DNA of 63,154 nucleotides, filler included, from Reticulomyxa filosa (lineage: Eukaryota; Protista; Foraminifera): assembly GCA_000512085.1 (NCBI GenBank). It is 20 parts of 20 records of this genome, joined end to end, with 100 filler letters (N's around TTAATTAATTAA, not from the genome) between each part and the next. Parts side by side here need not be neighbours in the genome. Positions count along the whole stretch, not along the records: positions 39,202 to 41,070 come from ASPP01047196.1; positions 41,171 to 43,039 come from ASPP01004455.1; positions 43,140 to 45,974 come from ASPP01020933.1; positions 46,075 to 49,218 come from ASPP01021179.1; positions 49,319 to 51,172 come from ASPP01009330.1; positions 51,273 to 52,597 come from ASPP01035990.1; 14 more parts are not named here. One strand, 5' to 3'. The notes below the pieces were generated by a model that was given only the letters and a program-made list of their open reading frames with translations, ran no database searches and was not told the DNA's origin. The position numbers and the translations under genes are program-made. Shown here piece after piece: positions 39,436-52,350 of the stretch (position 1 is the first letter of the stretch; the number at the start of each line of letters is the position of its first letter).

Positions 39436-39613
39436 AACCTCTTTCGTATGCGTTCTGCATGTCGGTTACTCAGTGCCGGCAGTTTTGCCCCATACGAGTT
39501 TCGGTAAGGGTCACAAGTATTTTGGGTGCAGATGGTGCGGAGAGGCTATCCCTTCCCTTTTTTTTTATTCCAATTATTTCAATCAAATTTCATTCAAGCA
39601 AATCCGTTCAAAA
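39436..39613 (+). repeat. Dispersed GC-rich structured repeat, copy 2
   Basis: Homologous to 21636-21837; can fold into a long closing stem enclosing two hairpins. Confidence 0.8.
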
Positions 39614-41219
39614 CATAATATTGCTTTGCTGTTCACCACATTTTTTATCAACTTTTTTGGCACAAAGTCCCAAAAAAAATAAGTTGTCAGAAAGTCTAAA
39701 ACCAAACTCTTTATTCAGAAATCACACTAAAATGTAAGTCTGTAACAACGCTTGGTCAAAGCACAAGTCAGCGAAGAATTTATTTTGAAATTCTTGTATA
39801 GGCAAGTCACACAAACCAGTAGATGGTGCGTTTCCAGAAGGAGTCGAAACCAAAGATTGAAATAAGAGAACTTCTAATAAATAATATTTTGAGTATCAAG
39901 GAAAATACAGAATGCGATACAAAGATACATCAATGGAAGCACATTAGCAAATATACTACAGGCAAATGGTAAGAATTATTCATGATAATTCTGGTTTCAA
40001 GTGTGCGTATTGTAGTATAGAATAATCTATAATTGTAAAAATCGCGAACCATATGTGGAGTTTCGGAGACCAAATGGGCCAAATAGGACATGTACAGAAA
40101 AATTTTCGAAGATACTACGCATACAATCAAAAATATTAAACAGAAAAGTGAAAGAGAATTTCGCTATAAATCAATGGGAAACTATCAAACAGAATATACA
40201 AAGCAAAAAATGAGAAGATCTAAAAAGCGTGAATATAGATTTTACTGCAATTGAGCCAAAAACAAAAAATGTATTAAACTGGTTTTCCAGATATAAAAAT
40301 ATAAATAACAATCAAACAAGTATAAATAATAAAGTCAAAAAAAATGCAACAATTCTGACTAAAGATGAAAAAATGGAAAAACATGAAAAAATTTTGAAAA
40401 AGATACTGTGAAAAAGGAAGAGATAACTGACACATACGATGACACAGAGTTATCAGATATATAAGAAGAAGATAAACATACTGCATAATCACAAAAACTA
40501 ACACATGGTGGAAGAAATACACAGGAATATGTAAACAAATCAACGAATAATATTACAGAAACGCATGTACCTGAGACAGAAAACGAACATAAATGCAGAA
40601 AAATAAGCACAAATGACAGATGGACGGAAACAATACGTATAATAATCACAAAGAAAATATATTATCAGATATTAACGCAAAAAAAAATAATTTACAAACT
40701 CCATTCAAGTCTAATCACAAAAATTAAATTTGCAAAAAAAAACAAAAAAAAAAAATTTTCAAGTTCACTAACATAAGATTATGATGACATTGCAATTTGT
40801 TATAGTATTTAAAAATCCCCATTTTAAAAAAAAGCAAAAGGAAGGGAAAAGCGAAAAATAAAAAATTAGATCAGGCGGCGCCTTCAGGAACATCGTGGCG
40901 CCGCCCGAATTAACTTTTTCTTTTTGCTTTTGTCTTACTTTGCTTTTTTTTAGCTTTCCGAGTTCTACAAAAGTGTGTTTTTGGTGTATCTTTTGAAATG
41001 TCAACTGTATCGAGTAAAAGTTGATTCTACGTATGGACGGATTTACAAAAATGAGATCGATGCGTCATATNNNNNNNNNNNNNNNNNNNNNNNNNNNNNN
41101 NNNNNNNNNNNNNNTTAATTAATTAANNNNNNNNNNNNNNNNNNNNNNNNNNNNNNNNNNNNNNNNNNNNATAAAAAATAAATAAATAAATAAAAAATAC
41201 ATTCAATAGAAACACACAA

Positions 41220-41760
41220 ACATGAGTTTGACGTGGTATCCATATTTGCGGACGATTGCTGTTGCAGTGAGATATTTGCTGCCTTTTTTTCCTATTTTTG
41301 TTTGTTGTTTTTTTTTCCCCCCTTTTTTTCTGTGTTGTGTTGCATAAATTGTATACGTTGACTTGTTTTGTGTTTTTATGCAAGTGGAAATAAAGAAGAT
41401 TTTAAGATACATCTTGTTCTTGCAGCTGAGCAATTATGTCTGCAAGGACTTCCAGGTCGTAGTCGGTGCCATAGTTGTGCTAGTTTCGGTGGATATGTTT
41501 TACTCTTCATTTTTGCTCGTTTGCAAAAAAAAAAAAAAAAGGGCAACGCATATCGTAACTTTAAACACTTTGAATGCTCTGTCGATGTACTGGGAGTCAA
41601 ACCCCAGGTTTGAAAGCGCGTCAATTACTTTTTTTGTTTTTTTTTGTTTGTTTGATTGATTCGTTTGTTAGCAGGTTTTTTTTTAAGTGTGTCCAAACCA
41701 AAGCACGTACATACAATCTTGTTCGCTCGGCCTGTACACCACGTTTACACAAGTAACTGG
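41220..41760 (-). CDS. UBA-like domain protein, short exons, partial
   Basis: KVIDALSNLGFDSQYIDRAFKVFK|HNYGTDYDLEVLADII: a UBA-like three-helix pattern with an LGF loop. Confidence 0.5.
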
Positions 41761-42255
41761 ATTGAAAAAAAAATTGATTGCACATAAATGGACAACTTCC
41801 TTAACATTAGTATTCAAAATTTGAGCAGAGATAAAATTTTGGCAACGGACCAGGTTGCACTATTATCGACGGATAAAAGGGGCTATCAATCCTTAAAATG
41901 CGTACGCTTGTGTTCGGCTTGGAATTGTACGGATCTGTTAGTCATAAATTAAGCCACCTCATCATTCTTTTTTACACTGATAAAAAAATGGCGTCATTAA
42001 TAGATCATTGCAAAGAATGAACACGTACTTGATAGTAAAAAAAAAACAAGGTGACCCAGTCACGATCAAGAGTTTATATCCAACTACAAATTGTAAAATA
42101 TGAGTTTTGTTTAATTGGCCAAAAAAAAAAAGGCCAGTTTGTGAAGCACACAACACGCTATATGAAATAAAAAAATGACCAACCTACACCATCTTAAAAA
42201 AAAGAATTTGAAACAACGCGGCAACAAACGACGGAACCAAAGATGAAAAAAAAAT

Positions 42256-43039
42256 TCAAAGTAAACTTTCGATGACGCGATCATTAAAGGCAGGGGACGC
42301 CTGAAACGAAACCGTGGAATCAGAAGAAGTTTGTTGATGCATGAAAGCTAACGTCAAGTCGGTCATCAGACGATGATTTTGAAAGGCATCGTAGATGTGC
42401 ATTCTGCCATGGCCATCCGAAGAGACAAGCCGTTGCATCCAAAGGGGCGACCAAAGCGGGACATCAGCATAGTCGGTATGCGCAGTACCTTTGATATGCA
42501 AAAAGTATTTATCGGAATGCTTATTGGACATTAGCGTTTGAAGTGTGCAAGACCGTTTCGAAAGATTTTCCGAATACGCGTCACTGCTCAAACAAAGACA
42601 TGGAATGTTCCAAGGTTCTGCCAGCAACTCGTCGGGAACAGGTTCAAACCAGCCATCATACACAATGACACCAAGCAATCTATCGTTGACATATATGTAT
42701 ACATATATACATATATGTATATATATGTATATATATGTATATATATATTATATATATTATATGTAACTTTTGTCGATTAGTCTGTTGCCATTCTCTCGCG
42801 GTCAAAACAGAAGTGATGCCACCGAAGGAATGTCCAGCGAGAAAGAGTTGTGTCCAATCGATGCGATCAGTCCAAGACACGAGTGGCTTTTGATGTTTTG
42901 GAGTTTGCAGATGGTCCAAGAGTTGGGTGAGTTCTTTGACGCGTTGTTTCAATTGGGGATGACGGAACTCGATGAACATTTCTCTGTTCCATTCGCTTGG
43001 CTTTGGATAGTACTGTTTCATTTCCACCGTCGTGCCATT
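42256..43039 (-). CDS. Platelet-activating factor acetylhydrolase-like alpha/beta hydrolase, C-terminal part
   Basis: QLKQRVKE, GHSFGG nucleophile elbow, YDGW (Asp) and IKGTAHTDYAD (His); one (TA)n intron. Confidence 0.88.
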
Positions 43040-43139
43040 NNNNNNNNNNNNNNNNNNNNNNNNNNNNNNNNNNNNNNNNNNNNTTAATTAATTAANNNNN
43101 NNNNNNNNNNNNNNNNNNNNNNNNNNNNNNNNNNNNNNN

Positions 43140-43985
43140 TTTTTTTTTTTTTTTTGCAAAATTTAAAACAAATAGATAAATAAAGAAATACAGTGAATAA
43201 ATGGACTATCTATATCTAAGTTCACTTAACAATTGATCTGCATTACTGTCATGAATGGCCTTTTGATTTATTTGTTTGATTATTTTGAATGTATGTGATG
43301 TGCTTCAAAGTAATATATACATATATATATACATATATATATGTATATATGTATATATAATGATAAACATACGGCTTGTGCAAAGACGAGCAACTCTTCC
43401 ATCAAATCCTTGTTGTCCAAATTAGTAAAGTCTTTCTTATACTTTGGAACGGCGTTGATGAAATTGCAAAGTATTTTGACGCATTGATTAAACTCCTCTG
43501 TGTTGGCTTCCAAGTAGTATTCGATGACTTTGGAGTACAGCTGCCACAAAAACTTGGACAAAGGATCGCTGTACAAAGAGAGGGTGTGGATCATGTCATA
43601 AATTTCGGACGCGTGCATTTCATACATTTTGGGTCGTTCGAAGAAGTCAATGAGCAAAGGTTTGACCAATTCCTCCAATTGCGCCAAAAAGGCGGGCAAG
43701 TTGACGGCGCTGAACAGCACTGTGTTAATGCATCGCAAAATCTGGTTGGCCGAGGCAAAGTGGTTATCAAAGGCATCTTCCTCCTCCTTCTCGCGCTCTT
43801 CACTTTCCATCATTATATCAGTCGTCGTCTCGTTCTTCATTTCATTCAGTTTTTCGCCTTTGTCATTTTTCCCTTGTTTGCATAGTCGTTTCTCAACAAA
43901 CTCGTTTATTTTTTTCTGCAAGTTGTTGAATAATTCGAGCTACGCAAAAACATTTCAACAAAATAAAAAAAGTATTATTATTTCA

Positions 43986-44019
<34 letters not shown>

Positions 44020-45919
44020 GTATATATATTAGCAAACCAGCTTTAACATGATGGTCTTGGCACGTGGAGTGAAATCTTGCTCCAATCGGTCGACCAACAA
44101 ATCGAACAACATGATGACATTGTCGAAACCGAGTTCGTCGATCAACTCCATGTATTTGCTCAAGACTTTGTCCATGTTGTCCTTGATGGTGGCCAAGCCT
44201 GCTGAAGTGGTGGCCAATCGCCCCAGGGCGTGCGAGGCCTCCAACTTCACGGGGATCTCGGAGTCGTTCAGTGCGTCAATGATTTGAAGGGTCAGCTTCG
44301 CGTATTCTTCCCTGGTCCAATTTATTCGATAGAACTTGCCCACCATCCAGCATGCGCGGGCACGTAGGAACCCAATGGGGGATTTGAAGTCTTTGAACAC
44401 GTGAAATCGAAGCATTTGTTGTAAGTTTGGTATTAATTTGCCTGTTAATGTTTGTTTAATTTCACTCGCGTTATAACTTTGCAAAAAAAAAAAAAAGTAA
44501 GTATGTATTGGATAATACAAATAATAACAACAACAACAACAACAACTTGCATAAATGACAAGACGTATGATAAAGTTGATATTGTCCTGTGTTGATGCTC
44601 ATACCTTTCTTGAATTTCCTCAAAAGGATTGGCAACTGCGCCCAACATGTGAAACACGCCGTCGCGTTGCGCCATGATTTCATAGTACTTCTCTCTGGTG
44701 ATGGCCTGTCCACCGTCCTGGCCGCGTTTCTGCAGGCGCTCATGTGCCTCAATGGACTTCTTCACAATGTCCAAGCAAAACTTCAATGTTTTGTCCAACA
44801 CAAAGTCTGTTCGAATACAAATCAAGTCTTCAAATGTCTGGACGGCCACCCACCGAGGGTCTAGCAACTCGTCGGATTTATCTTTTTTTTTTTTTTAAGA
44901 AAGAATGTTTGATTCGTCATCATTTTAAATGTTTTTTTTTTCCCCCCCCCCCCTCCCCCAAAAAAAAAAACGAAGGAAGAGAACATTAAAAATAGATGAA
45001 TCTATGTGATATATGTGATGAACAAATGTAACAAACTAAAGTTTCGTTCACAAAGTCATGTGGGTTGTCATTCCACAAAGCAATGTCCTCAGGATTGTAG
45101 CAAATGAGTTTGAACAAACGATTGAAAACCAAATCGTCCAAAGGCTGTTGGTTTTGTTCGATGAACATGCTGAACAAGTTGCCGTAATGAGTGCACAGCT
45201 GCACAAACTTCAACGCAGGCGACAAGGTTTTGAAATACACAAACTGTTTCTCCGTGTACGCACGAATGATATTCATATAAAAGATTTTCATGAATTTCGA
45301 GGCAAAGTGTTCCAAAAAGAATTTGGCAATGGGTTTTAATTGTTCGAAGCAATACTCGGGTCGACCATATCTAAGAGATGTTTAAACATATAAACATATA
45401 AACATATAAACATATAAATATATACATATATATGTATATATGTTTATATATAAACACAAACAATTGCATAATTCGGGTGACACAACGTACAGCCCATTTG
45501 CGACACTTTTCATAAGGATGAGTGTAATAAGAATTGTAGGTGGACATTTGACAAAGGTTGTTGTTTCGTAATCGTTCGAATGAGAGCATGGATTCTTGCA
45601 AGGCCAAGTCGAGTGGCGCGGGGATTTCAAAGAACTTGACGAACAGCTGCAGCCACTGCGGATACGCGTCTTTGTTTCGCAGGTGCATGGGGAAATCCAT
45701 TTGCAAAGTGAAGTAGAATATGCGAAACACGCCCTGCAAGATTCGCAATATTAGCATATTCGACTGATATTTGTTCCCGTCCAAGCTCTGTTTGTCCAAT
45801 GGCGTTGGGCTATTTTTCATGTACATTCCCAATATCGTAGGGCATAACTTGCCAAATGTTGGAAATCTATTATTATTATTGTTATTATTATTTTATTTTA
45901 TTTTTTGTTAGTTTTATTT

Positions 45920-45950
<31 letters not shown>

Positions 45951-45974
45951 CTATTGTTTTGTTTAACATTTGCT
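43140..45974 (-). CDS. Importin-7/8 (SAD2/Nmd5/Sxm1) family karyopherin-beta, internal multi-exon fragment
   Basis: KCRKWA, DIALWNDNPHDFV, RDGVFHMLG, FKSPIGFLRARACW, DSEIPVKLEASHAL; HEAT-repeat character. Confidence 0.88.
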
Positions 45975-46539
45975 NNNNNNNNNNNNNNNNNNNNNNNNNN
46001 NNNNNNNNNNNNNNNNNNTTAATTAATTAANNNNNNNNNNNNNNNNNNNNNNNNNNNNNNNNNNNNNNNNNNNNTAAAAAAATAAAAAAAAAAAAAAAAA
46101 AATGGTGTTTAAATAAGAAAAAAAAAAAACAAGTGAAAAAGTCAAGTGAATTGAAATGAACCTCAATCAAAAAAAGTGCAAGAGGTGAGCAGCAACGAGG
46201 GAAACGGTGCAAAGGGGAAAATAATGGAGTAAAGAGGAGGGAAACAAGTGCAAAAAGGGGGGGGAAAAAAAAGCAAGGATCAAACGATAATGTAGCTGGA
46301 ATAATTGACATAATCGACACCAATAATCTCCATACCAATCTATTTACAAAAAAAAAAAGGCAGTCAATTAGTATCGATGAAATATAAGTATTAGTCAAAC
46401 AGAAATAACTTTGAAATTCGGATAAATGTCGTGTGACGGCCGTCGTCAGCCCAGTAGGCGCCTTTATCATCATCGCATGGCCTCTACATCCCTCTATTAG
46501 CACGGCGCACTGCCGGTAACACCAAGGGGGAGACCCGAT

Positions 46540-46700
46540 CTTATGTCCATCCACAGATGGACATCGCCACATCAGTCCTGCAAGCATGATATTCTAGGTG
46601 ATGCTTTTCATGCAAACCTTTGATATGGTTTTGGTTTGCTGCAAACACCTATGCGCCTGTCTCGCACGCATATGTTGCGATAATACATCGCACATGTGAT
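46540..46700 (+). pseudogene. Possible SWIM zinc-finger (Mutator-like transposase) relic
   Basis: Across one frameshift it reads C(F)SCKP/FDMVLVCCKHLCACLARI, resembling CxC..CKH..A; lies in a GC-rich island. Confidence 0.35.
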
Positions 46701-48896
46701 ATGCGCTGCAATGCGCTGACGGCTGACTTGTCTCCGTCCAAGTCAATACAGGAAACCACCACCACCAATCATCACGTTATCAATCTGCAATCAAACTAAT
46801 ACAGGAACCCACAACCAAAATCACTCAGGAGCCCAAAACCAAAATGATGCTGGAACACAAGATTTCAATTTCAATTCGGACAATCTTCGACTTCTTTTTT
46901 TTGGGGGTGGTATTTTCTTAGCTCCAAACTTTTAGCATTTCAAAAAACAAAGAAAAAAAGAAAAAAGTTGTTTGGCTACTTTCTTCGAAACGAAATATAC
47001 GCGGGAATCGACAATATTTTCTCCACTGGCGCTGGACACTGGACAAACTTACTGCAAAGCTGTAGAAAAAGGGGAGAAAAAGTTCCTCACAAACAACACA
47101 CCAAATTTCTTTTGTTGTAATGAAATATAATTTTCTATAACATTTGCAATTTGATTCAGAATAAATGTAGAAAAATTGACTATGTTGTAACAATGAATTT
47201 TTCGAAAAAACAAAAATTGAAATTTAATACAAATTATTTCATGAATTTAAGAATTTATATTAATCTGCTAGATATTCTTTGTGAAATACCTAAATAATGA
47301 TCAAAAACATATTGGACAGTGGGAACAAGATGGACTTATTGCAATAATTTTGAATTTCAGTTGATTTTTTAAATGTGGGTCATTTTCATCAAATTGTGGG
47401 TTATTTTTAGAAATAAACCAGTTTTGTTCAAATTAAAAAAAAAGTTTTTTTAATGAAATAATGATATATCAATCAAGTTGTTGCATTATTGGTTTATTTT
47501 AATCGAATTAAAATTATATCAAAAAATAATTTAAAAAACTTGTTAACAAGGGGATGCGTAGTTCAATTTATTTTTTTTTTGTCTTTGTAATGTTTGTGTT
47601 TTAAGAGCAAACAACAAAGATTTATAACTATTGCTTACATATCTGAAACAAAGACTGATCTCTGAGATTTTTGGCAAGCGTTTTTTTATTCAAAGAGCTT
47701 TTTCGAAAAGACAGCTGAATTATATATTGAACTATCGAATAATTAAGCATATACACATTCAGAGAATAGAGATCTCATGTCATTGGATTGCATTTTGTGA
47801 ATTGGTTCAACACTACTATGTATTGAATACGTTTTTCTTCATGATCGACTTGTTTTTTCAATGTGTTCTAGACTTAGTTGCTAATTTATCGAACACTTTT
47901 ACAAGTTATTCATTTCACATCATTTTTTGTTTTGATTGACATTCACACAAATTCAACAAGTTTTCAAGTACGTTTTTTACAACAATCATATTTCCGAAAA
48001 GTTGTGCTTTTTTTCTTGATTAAAAAAAAGCGACAACTTTGTAATGACTGTAAAATCGTTGTACACCACCATCTTTACTTTGCCAACCCTTCAGAAAGTG
48101 GGCTTATGGAGTTATTTAATTCTCAAATATCGATTTTACACTCGTTGATTTTACCTCATACGTTAAACATGCTACCGAAAGCTTTCACAAAGTTTTGTGT
48201 CATATGACATGTTATCTCATTATTACCAAAGCTTCATTTAAAATGTAATGTAACACTTTTATTCACAATGACTTCATTCAACAAGTTTTTTAAAAGATAA
48301 TTGTACAAAAAAAAAAATAGAACAAGAAATAGCTGTCGTTATTTTAGTGAGTGAAAAGCTCAAAGTCGCCACATTTATGTCAGCAGCTTGCATCCCAACA
48401 TCACTGAAAACGATTTCCGTAAATTCTTTGCACATTCATGGAGGAGAAAATATGTGATTGTTAAATACTTCTATCTGAGATAAATAACTTTTTTCACAAA
48501 CAAATCAAAATAATAAATTGAGTATATTTTTGTTTTCTTTTTTTTGACACAATTTTTTATTTAAAAATTAATTATGCTCGTGTTTGAGTTTCACATTGGG
48601 CGCTATAAAACATTAAGTTGAATCATGCAAACTCAAAAAAGTTTTCAATTCTATTTTTTACCAATAATTCTTCAGAAATGTCAATCAGTATAAAAATATT
48701 TATTCAATCAATTTTCATAAATTGTCAACAATATTGATTGATGTGATGTTCAAAATTTAGATTTGAATTTTTTAAACAAAGATATAACAAATCTTTCAAT
48801 GTTTGCATTCAATTATACCAAACAAGTTTAATATCACCTTCCTTTTCTTTTAATCAAACTTTTCAAAAAACACTTTCATTTTTTTCAAAAAGTAAA

Positions 48897-49218
48897 CTAT
48901 CCCCAAATACGAATGGGACCATTGAATGAACCATAACACAAATTCAAATCATGTGTAATCTTCTTTTTCTTTTCTTTCTTTTTCAATTCAATAAATTTAA
49001 GACATGATATTCCTTCGTCCAATTTCATCACATACAATTCATTCTTATTTGATCGAACATCCCAAAAACGAATTGTATTATCCAATGATCCAGAGCATAT
49101 CACATTTAAATTACCACTACTATTCTTTATTACAAATGGTGAATATTCAACAGCATACACATCACTTGTATGTCCATTGAACATTTGAATTTGTTTACCA
49201 GATTGAATATCCCACAAA
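48897..49218 (-). CDS. 3' end (repeats 6-7) of another RING/TRAF-WD40 family member
   Basis: WDIQSGKQIQMFNGHTSDVYAVEYSPF..ICSGSLDNTIRFWDVR..GISCLKF..LCYGSFNGPIRIWG* is colinear with 18643-19782. Confidence 0.9.
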
Positions 49219-49318
49219 NNNNNNNNNNNNNNNNNNNNNNNNNNNNNNNNNNNNNNNNNNNNTTAATTAATTAANNNNNNNNNNNNNNNNNNNNNNNNNN
49301 NNNNNNNNNNNNNNNNNN

Positions 49319-51070
49319 AATGATAATGACAATGACAAAGATGGAAAAGAAAAGATCAATGAACGGACATCGACACCACACATTGCAATCAAAGGCACAA
49401 GTTTTTCGTGGAACAAAATACCCGCTATGCAATTGAAACGTGTGCTGACTAGCAAGAAAAGCAAGATCGTTAGCGCGGCCTTGGACAACGAGCAGGCAAC
49501 CGACAAGAAGCAAAAATTAAAGCGATTTCGCTCGATGGCGACCTTTGTCGACCCCAAGGTGGAAGCGGAAGATGCAAAGCAGAAGAAAGAGGAAGAAAAA
49601 GCAGAACAAGAACAAGATGATCAAGATCAAGATGAAGATGAACAACAAAAAATACAAGTAGTTGAATTGGAAAAAAAAGAAAATGACAACATTGACGAAC
49701 AGCCACAAGAAGCAGACAAATTGCTTGAAACCAACAACAATAATAATAATAATAATAATAATAACAAACAAATTGGAAAACTTTCGGAAAAATCCGAGTC
49801 GTTGGCGAATATTGAACGTGCGGATTTGGAGAATATCACGATTGACATTGGACTTAGCAATAGCGACAAGCTAATAGCAATTGTTGGCAAAATCGGGAGT
49901 GGCAAGTCTTCGCTATTATCTGCGCTGATCGGGGAAATGCCGCTGAAAACGCATCTGCACACACGCGCCATGTCCATCCAAGGAACCATCGCGTACGCTT
50001 CACAAAAGCCCTGGATTTACTCCGCAAGCGTGCGTGACAACATTGTATTTGGGCAGATGTGGAATGAAGATTGGTATTATGCTGTCCTCGCCGCATGTGC
50101 ACTGAAGGCCGATTTGAAAGAGCTGCCACATGGTGACCAGACAGTCATTGGAGAGGTTACCATTAATATCAAACTTATGTGTACATGTACATATTTATAT
50201 ATTATATACCTATACATATATATATATTTTTTTTTTGAATAAAAAGAATATTCCACAAAATATATCAACTAAAAAAAAAAAAAAAAAAGAGAGGTGTAAA
50301 CTTGTCCGGGGGACAAAGAGCTCGAGTTGGACTTGCTCGAAGCATTTATGCAAACGCGGATATTGTACTGCTGGATGATCCCTTGTCTGCAGTGGACAGT
50401 GTCGTGGCGAAACATATCTTTGATCACGTCCTTGACAATAAAACCGGACTGATGAAAGACAAAATCAAAGTGCTGGTCACTCACCAAACGCAGTTTTTAC
50501 CTCGCGTCGACAAAGTGATTGTCATGGAACGTGGTCGAATTGCTCACAATGATTCCTTGCAGAAGCTTCAAGAGCGGGGCATTAGCATTCAATCCCTCAT
50601 CGATGACAATCAAAAACAAGCCCAAGAGGAAACAATTGCCGCATACCCCGACACTTTTGTTCATCCCACCAATGGCATTAACAGCATCAATGGCACCACC
50701 GAGACTAATGCAGTCAACGGAGTCAATAGTGTCCTTCACGCTCATGCCACTGACAGCAACGGTGACAACACCAATTCGCAAGTCGAGACAACATTAGGAG
50801 AGTCGACTACTGTTATGACGAGTCCCAATCCTAAATCGACGGACAGTACCAAAGAGGAAGTGGAAATATTGACAAAGTCGTCATCACCACCGCGTCTGCA
50901 GGACGCTGCACAAGAAGAAAAAGATCACGAGAATGGTAATGATGATGAAAAAGAAGAAGAAAAGGTAGTGTTGAAAACAGACGGACCACCACCATCGTCA
51001 GCACTGAAACACGCAAACGAGGACAGGGCACAAAAAGAAAGCATTGTTGTACTTGAAGAAATGAAAACTG
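49319..51070 (+). CDS. ABCC (MRP-type) ABC transporter, NBD1 and linker fragment
   Basis: Walker A GKIGSGKSS, Q-loop YASQKPWI, IGE|RGVNLSGGQRAR, Walker B IVLLDDPLSAVD and H-loop LVTHQ; intron 50156-50289. Confidence 0.95.
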
Positions 51071-51272
51071 GTTTGTGTTGTTGGTTGCAAAAATAACCAA
51101 ACCCATCACAAAGTATATATATACCACAAACACTGCCAATCAATCAATGACTACCAAAAAAAAAAAAAAAAANNNNNNNNNNNNNNNNNNNNNNNNNNNN
51201 NNNNNNNNNNNNNNNNTTAATTAATTAANNNNNNNNNNNNNNNNNNNNNNNNNNNNNNNNNNNNNNNNNNNN

Positions 51273-52350
51273 ATGATTGTTCCTCGCTATAAACTTAGCG
51301 CCAATTTTCACAAAATCGGTTTTCCCTTGTTCGCCGGCGCCGTCTTTTGAATGCTTTGGGTTTCCACTTGACATTGAACACAACGGAAGCTGCTTCACAA
51401 TTTGGCAATCATGCCTTTGTAATGTTGGATGAAAAATTCTTCACAGATCTCTTGGAATTGCTCAAACGTGAGTGTAAGAATAAAGAGTTCTCTGTCGAAT
51501 GGATGCTTTCAAAGATTCATTGCTCGTTCACCTGACGATACGGAGCTCGAAGATCGTTGATATCCTCTTTGTGATTATAATCGACGAATGTAGTTTTGAT
51601 ATGCAATCCAAATTACAAGTCGACTTTCCCATTTTGAGTATTGGAAAAACCAACATTGTTCGATGGATTTGCTCCAATAACGATAGCTGTGGCCACACGC
51701 ACTATGCCGACTTCTTTGTAAACTCCAGGAGGGCGTGTCGCAACTTCAAAACGCGCCTTCACATCTTCACACAGTCGTTTCAAATATTGGCGGCCCGGAT
51801 CATCGTTGTGGCGACGTTTTGCTTCTTCTTTCACAAATAATCATCACTTTGGTCGACATATAGAGCAACGTATTCCTTTGTGCGCGCCATCGTGCTTGCC
51901 CCATCCATCGTGCCACTCCACACCTATCTGCTCGTCTGTCTCAAAATGCGTGATAACGATAAAACAGATCGTGGCCGCCATGCCATTGATCAATTCCACA
52001 GTTTCACTCACTTCAAGATGTTAGCTGTCGTTTTCTTCGTTCTGTCCATTTTGGACTCTTTCAAGCTGTGCTGCTGTCTTGGTCGAAACTCGAGCAGTGA
52101 ATTGGCTGCAGTGCAGAAGCGTGAGCTAGTGCTATTATGTATGTGAGTCACACTGAAGCTCATTGTTCGTTCCGCGTCGGCATTTATTGATTCTCTGGTG
52201 CACATGTTGATCTCGATGCCATACATTTCTCCTTCGCTTGTATCTTCAATACATTTTGCTCAATTTCACTCGACCTCTTACGCTGTATTTTGAACGCCGT
52301 CTTTGTCGATTGCCATTCGATTAAACATTTCCGCACAAATATGCCACCAT
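51273..52350 (-). pseudogene. Degraded CAP-Gly domain gene, possibly multi-domain
   Basis: VELINGMAATICFI..THF..DEQIGVEWHDGWGKHDGAHKGIRCSICRPK**LFVK matches CAP-Gly GVE..GKNDG..G.RYF.C....GLFV; many stops. Confidence 0.7.

Noticed and set aside
46410-46460. Hammerhead at minus-strand CTGACGA
   Set aside because: No properly placed GAAA or stem III.
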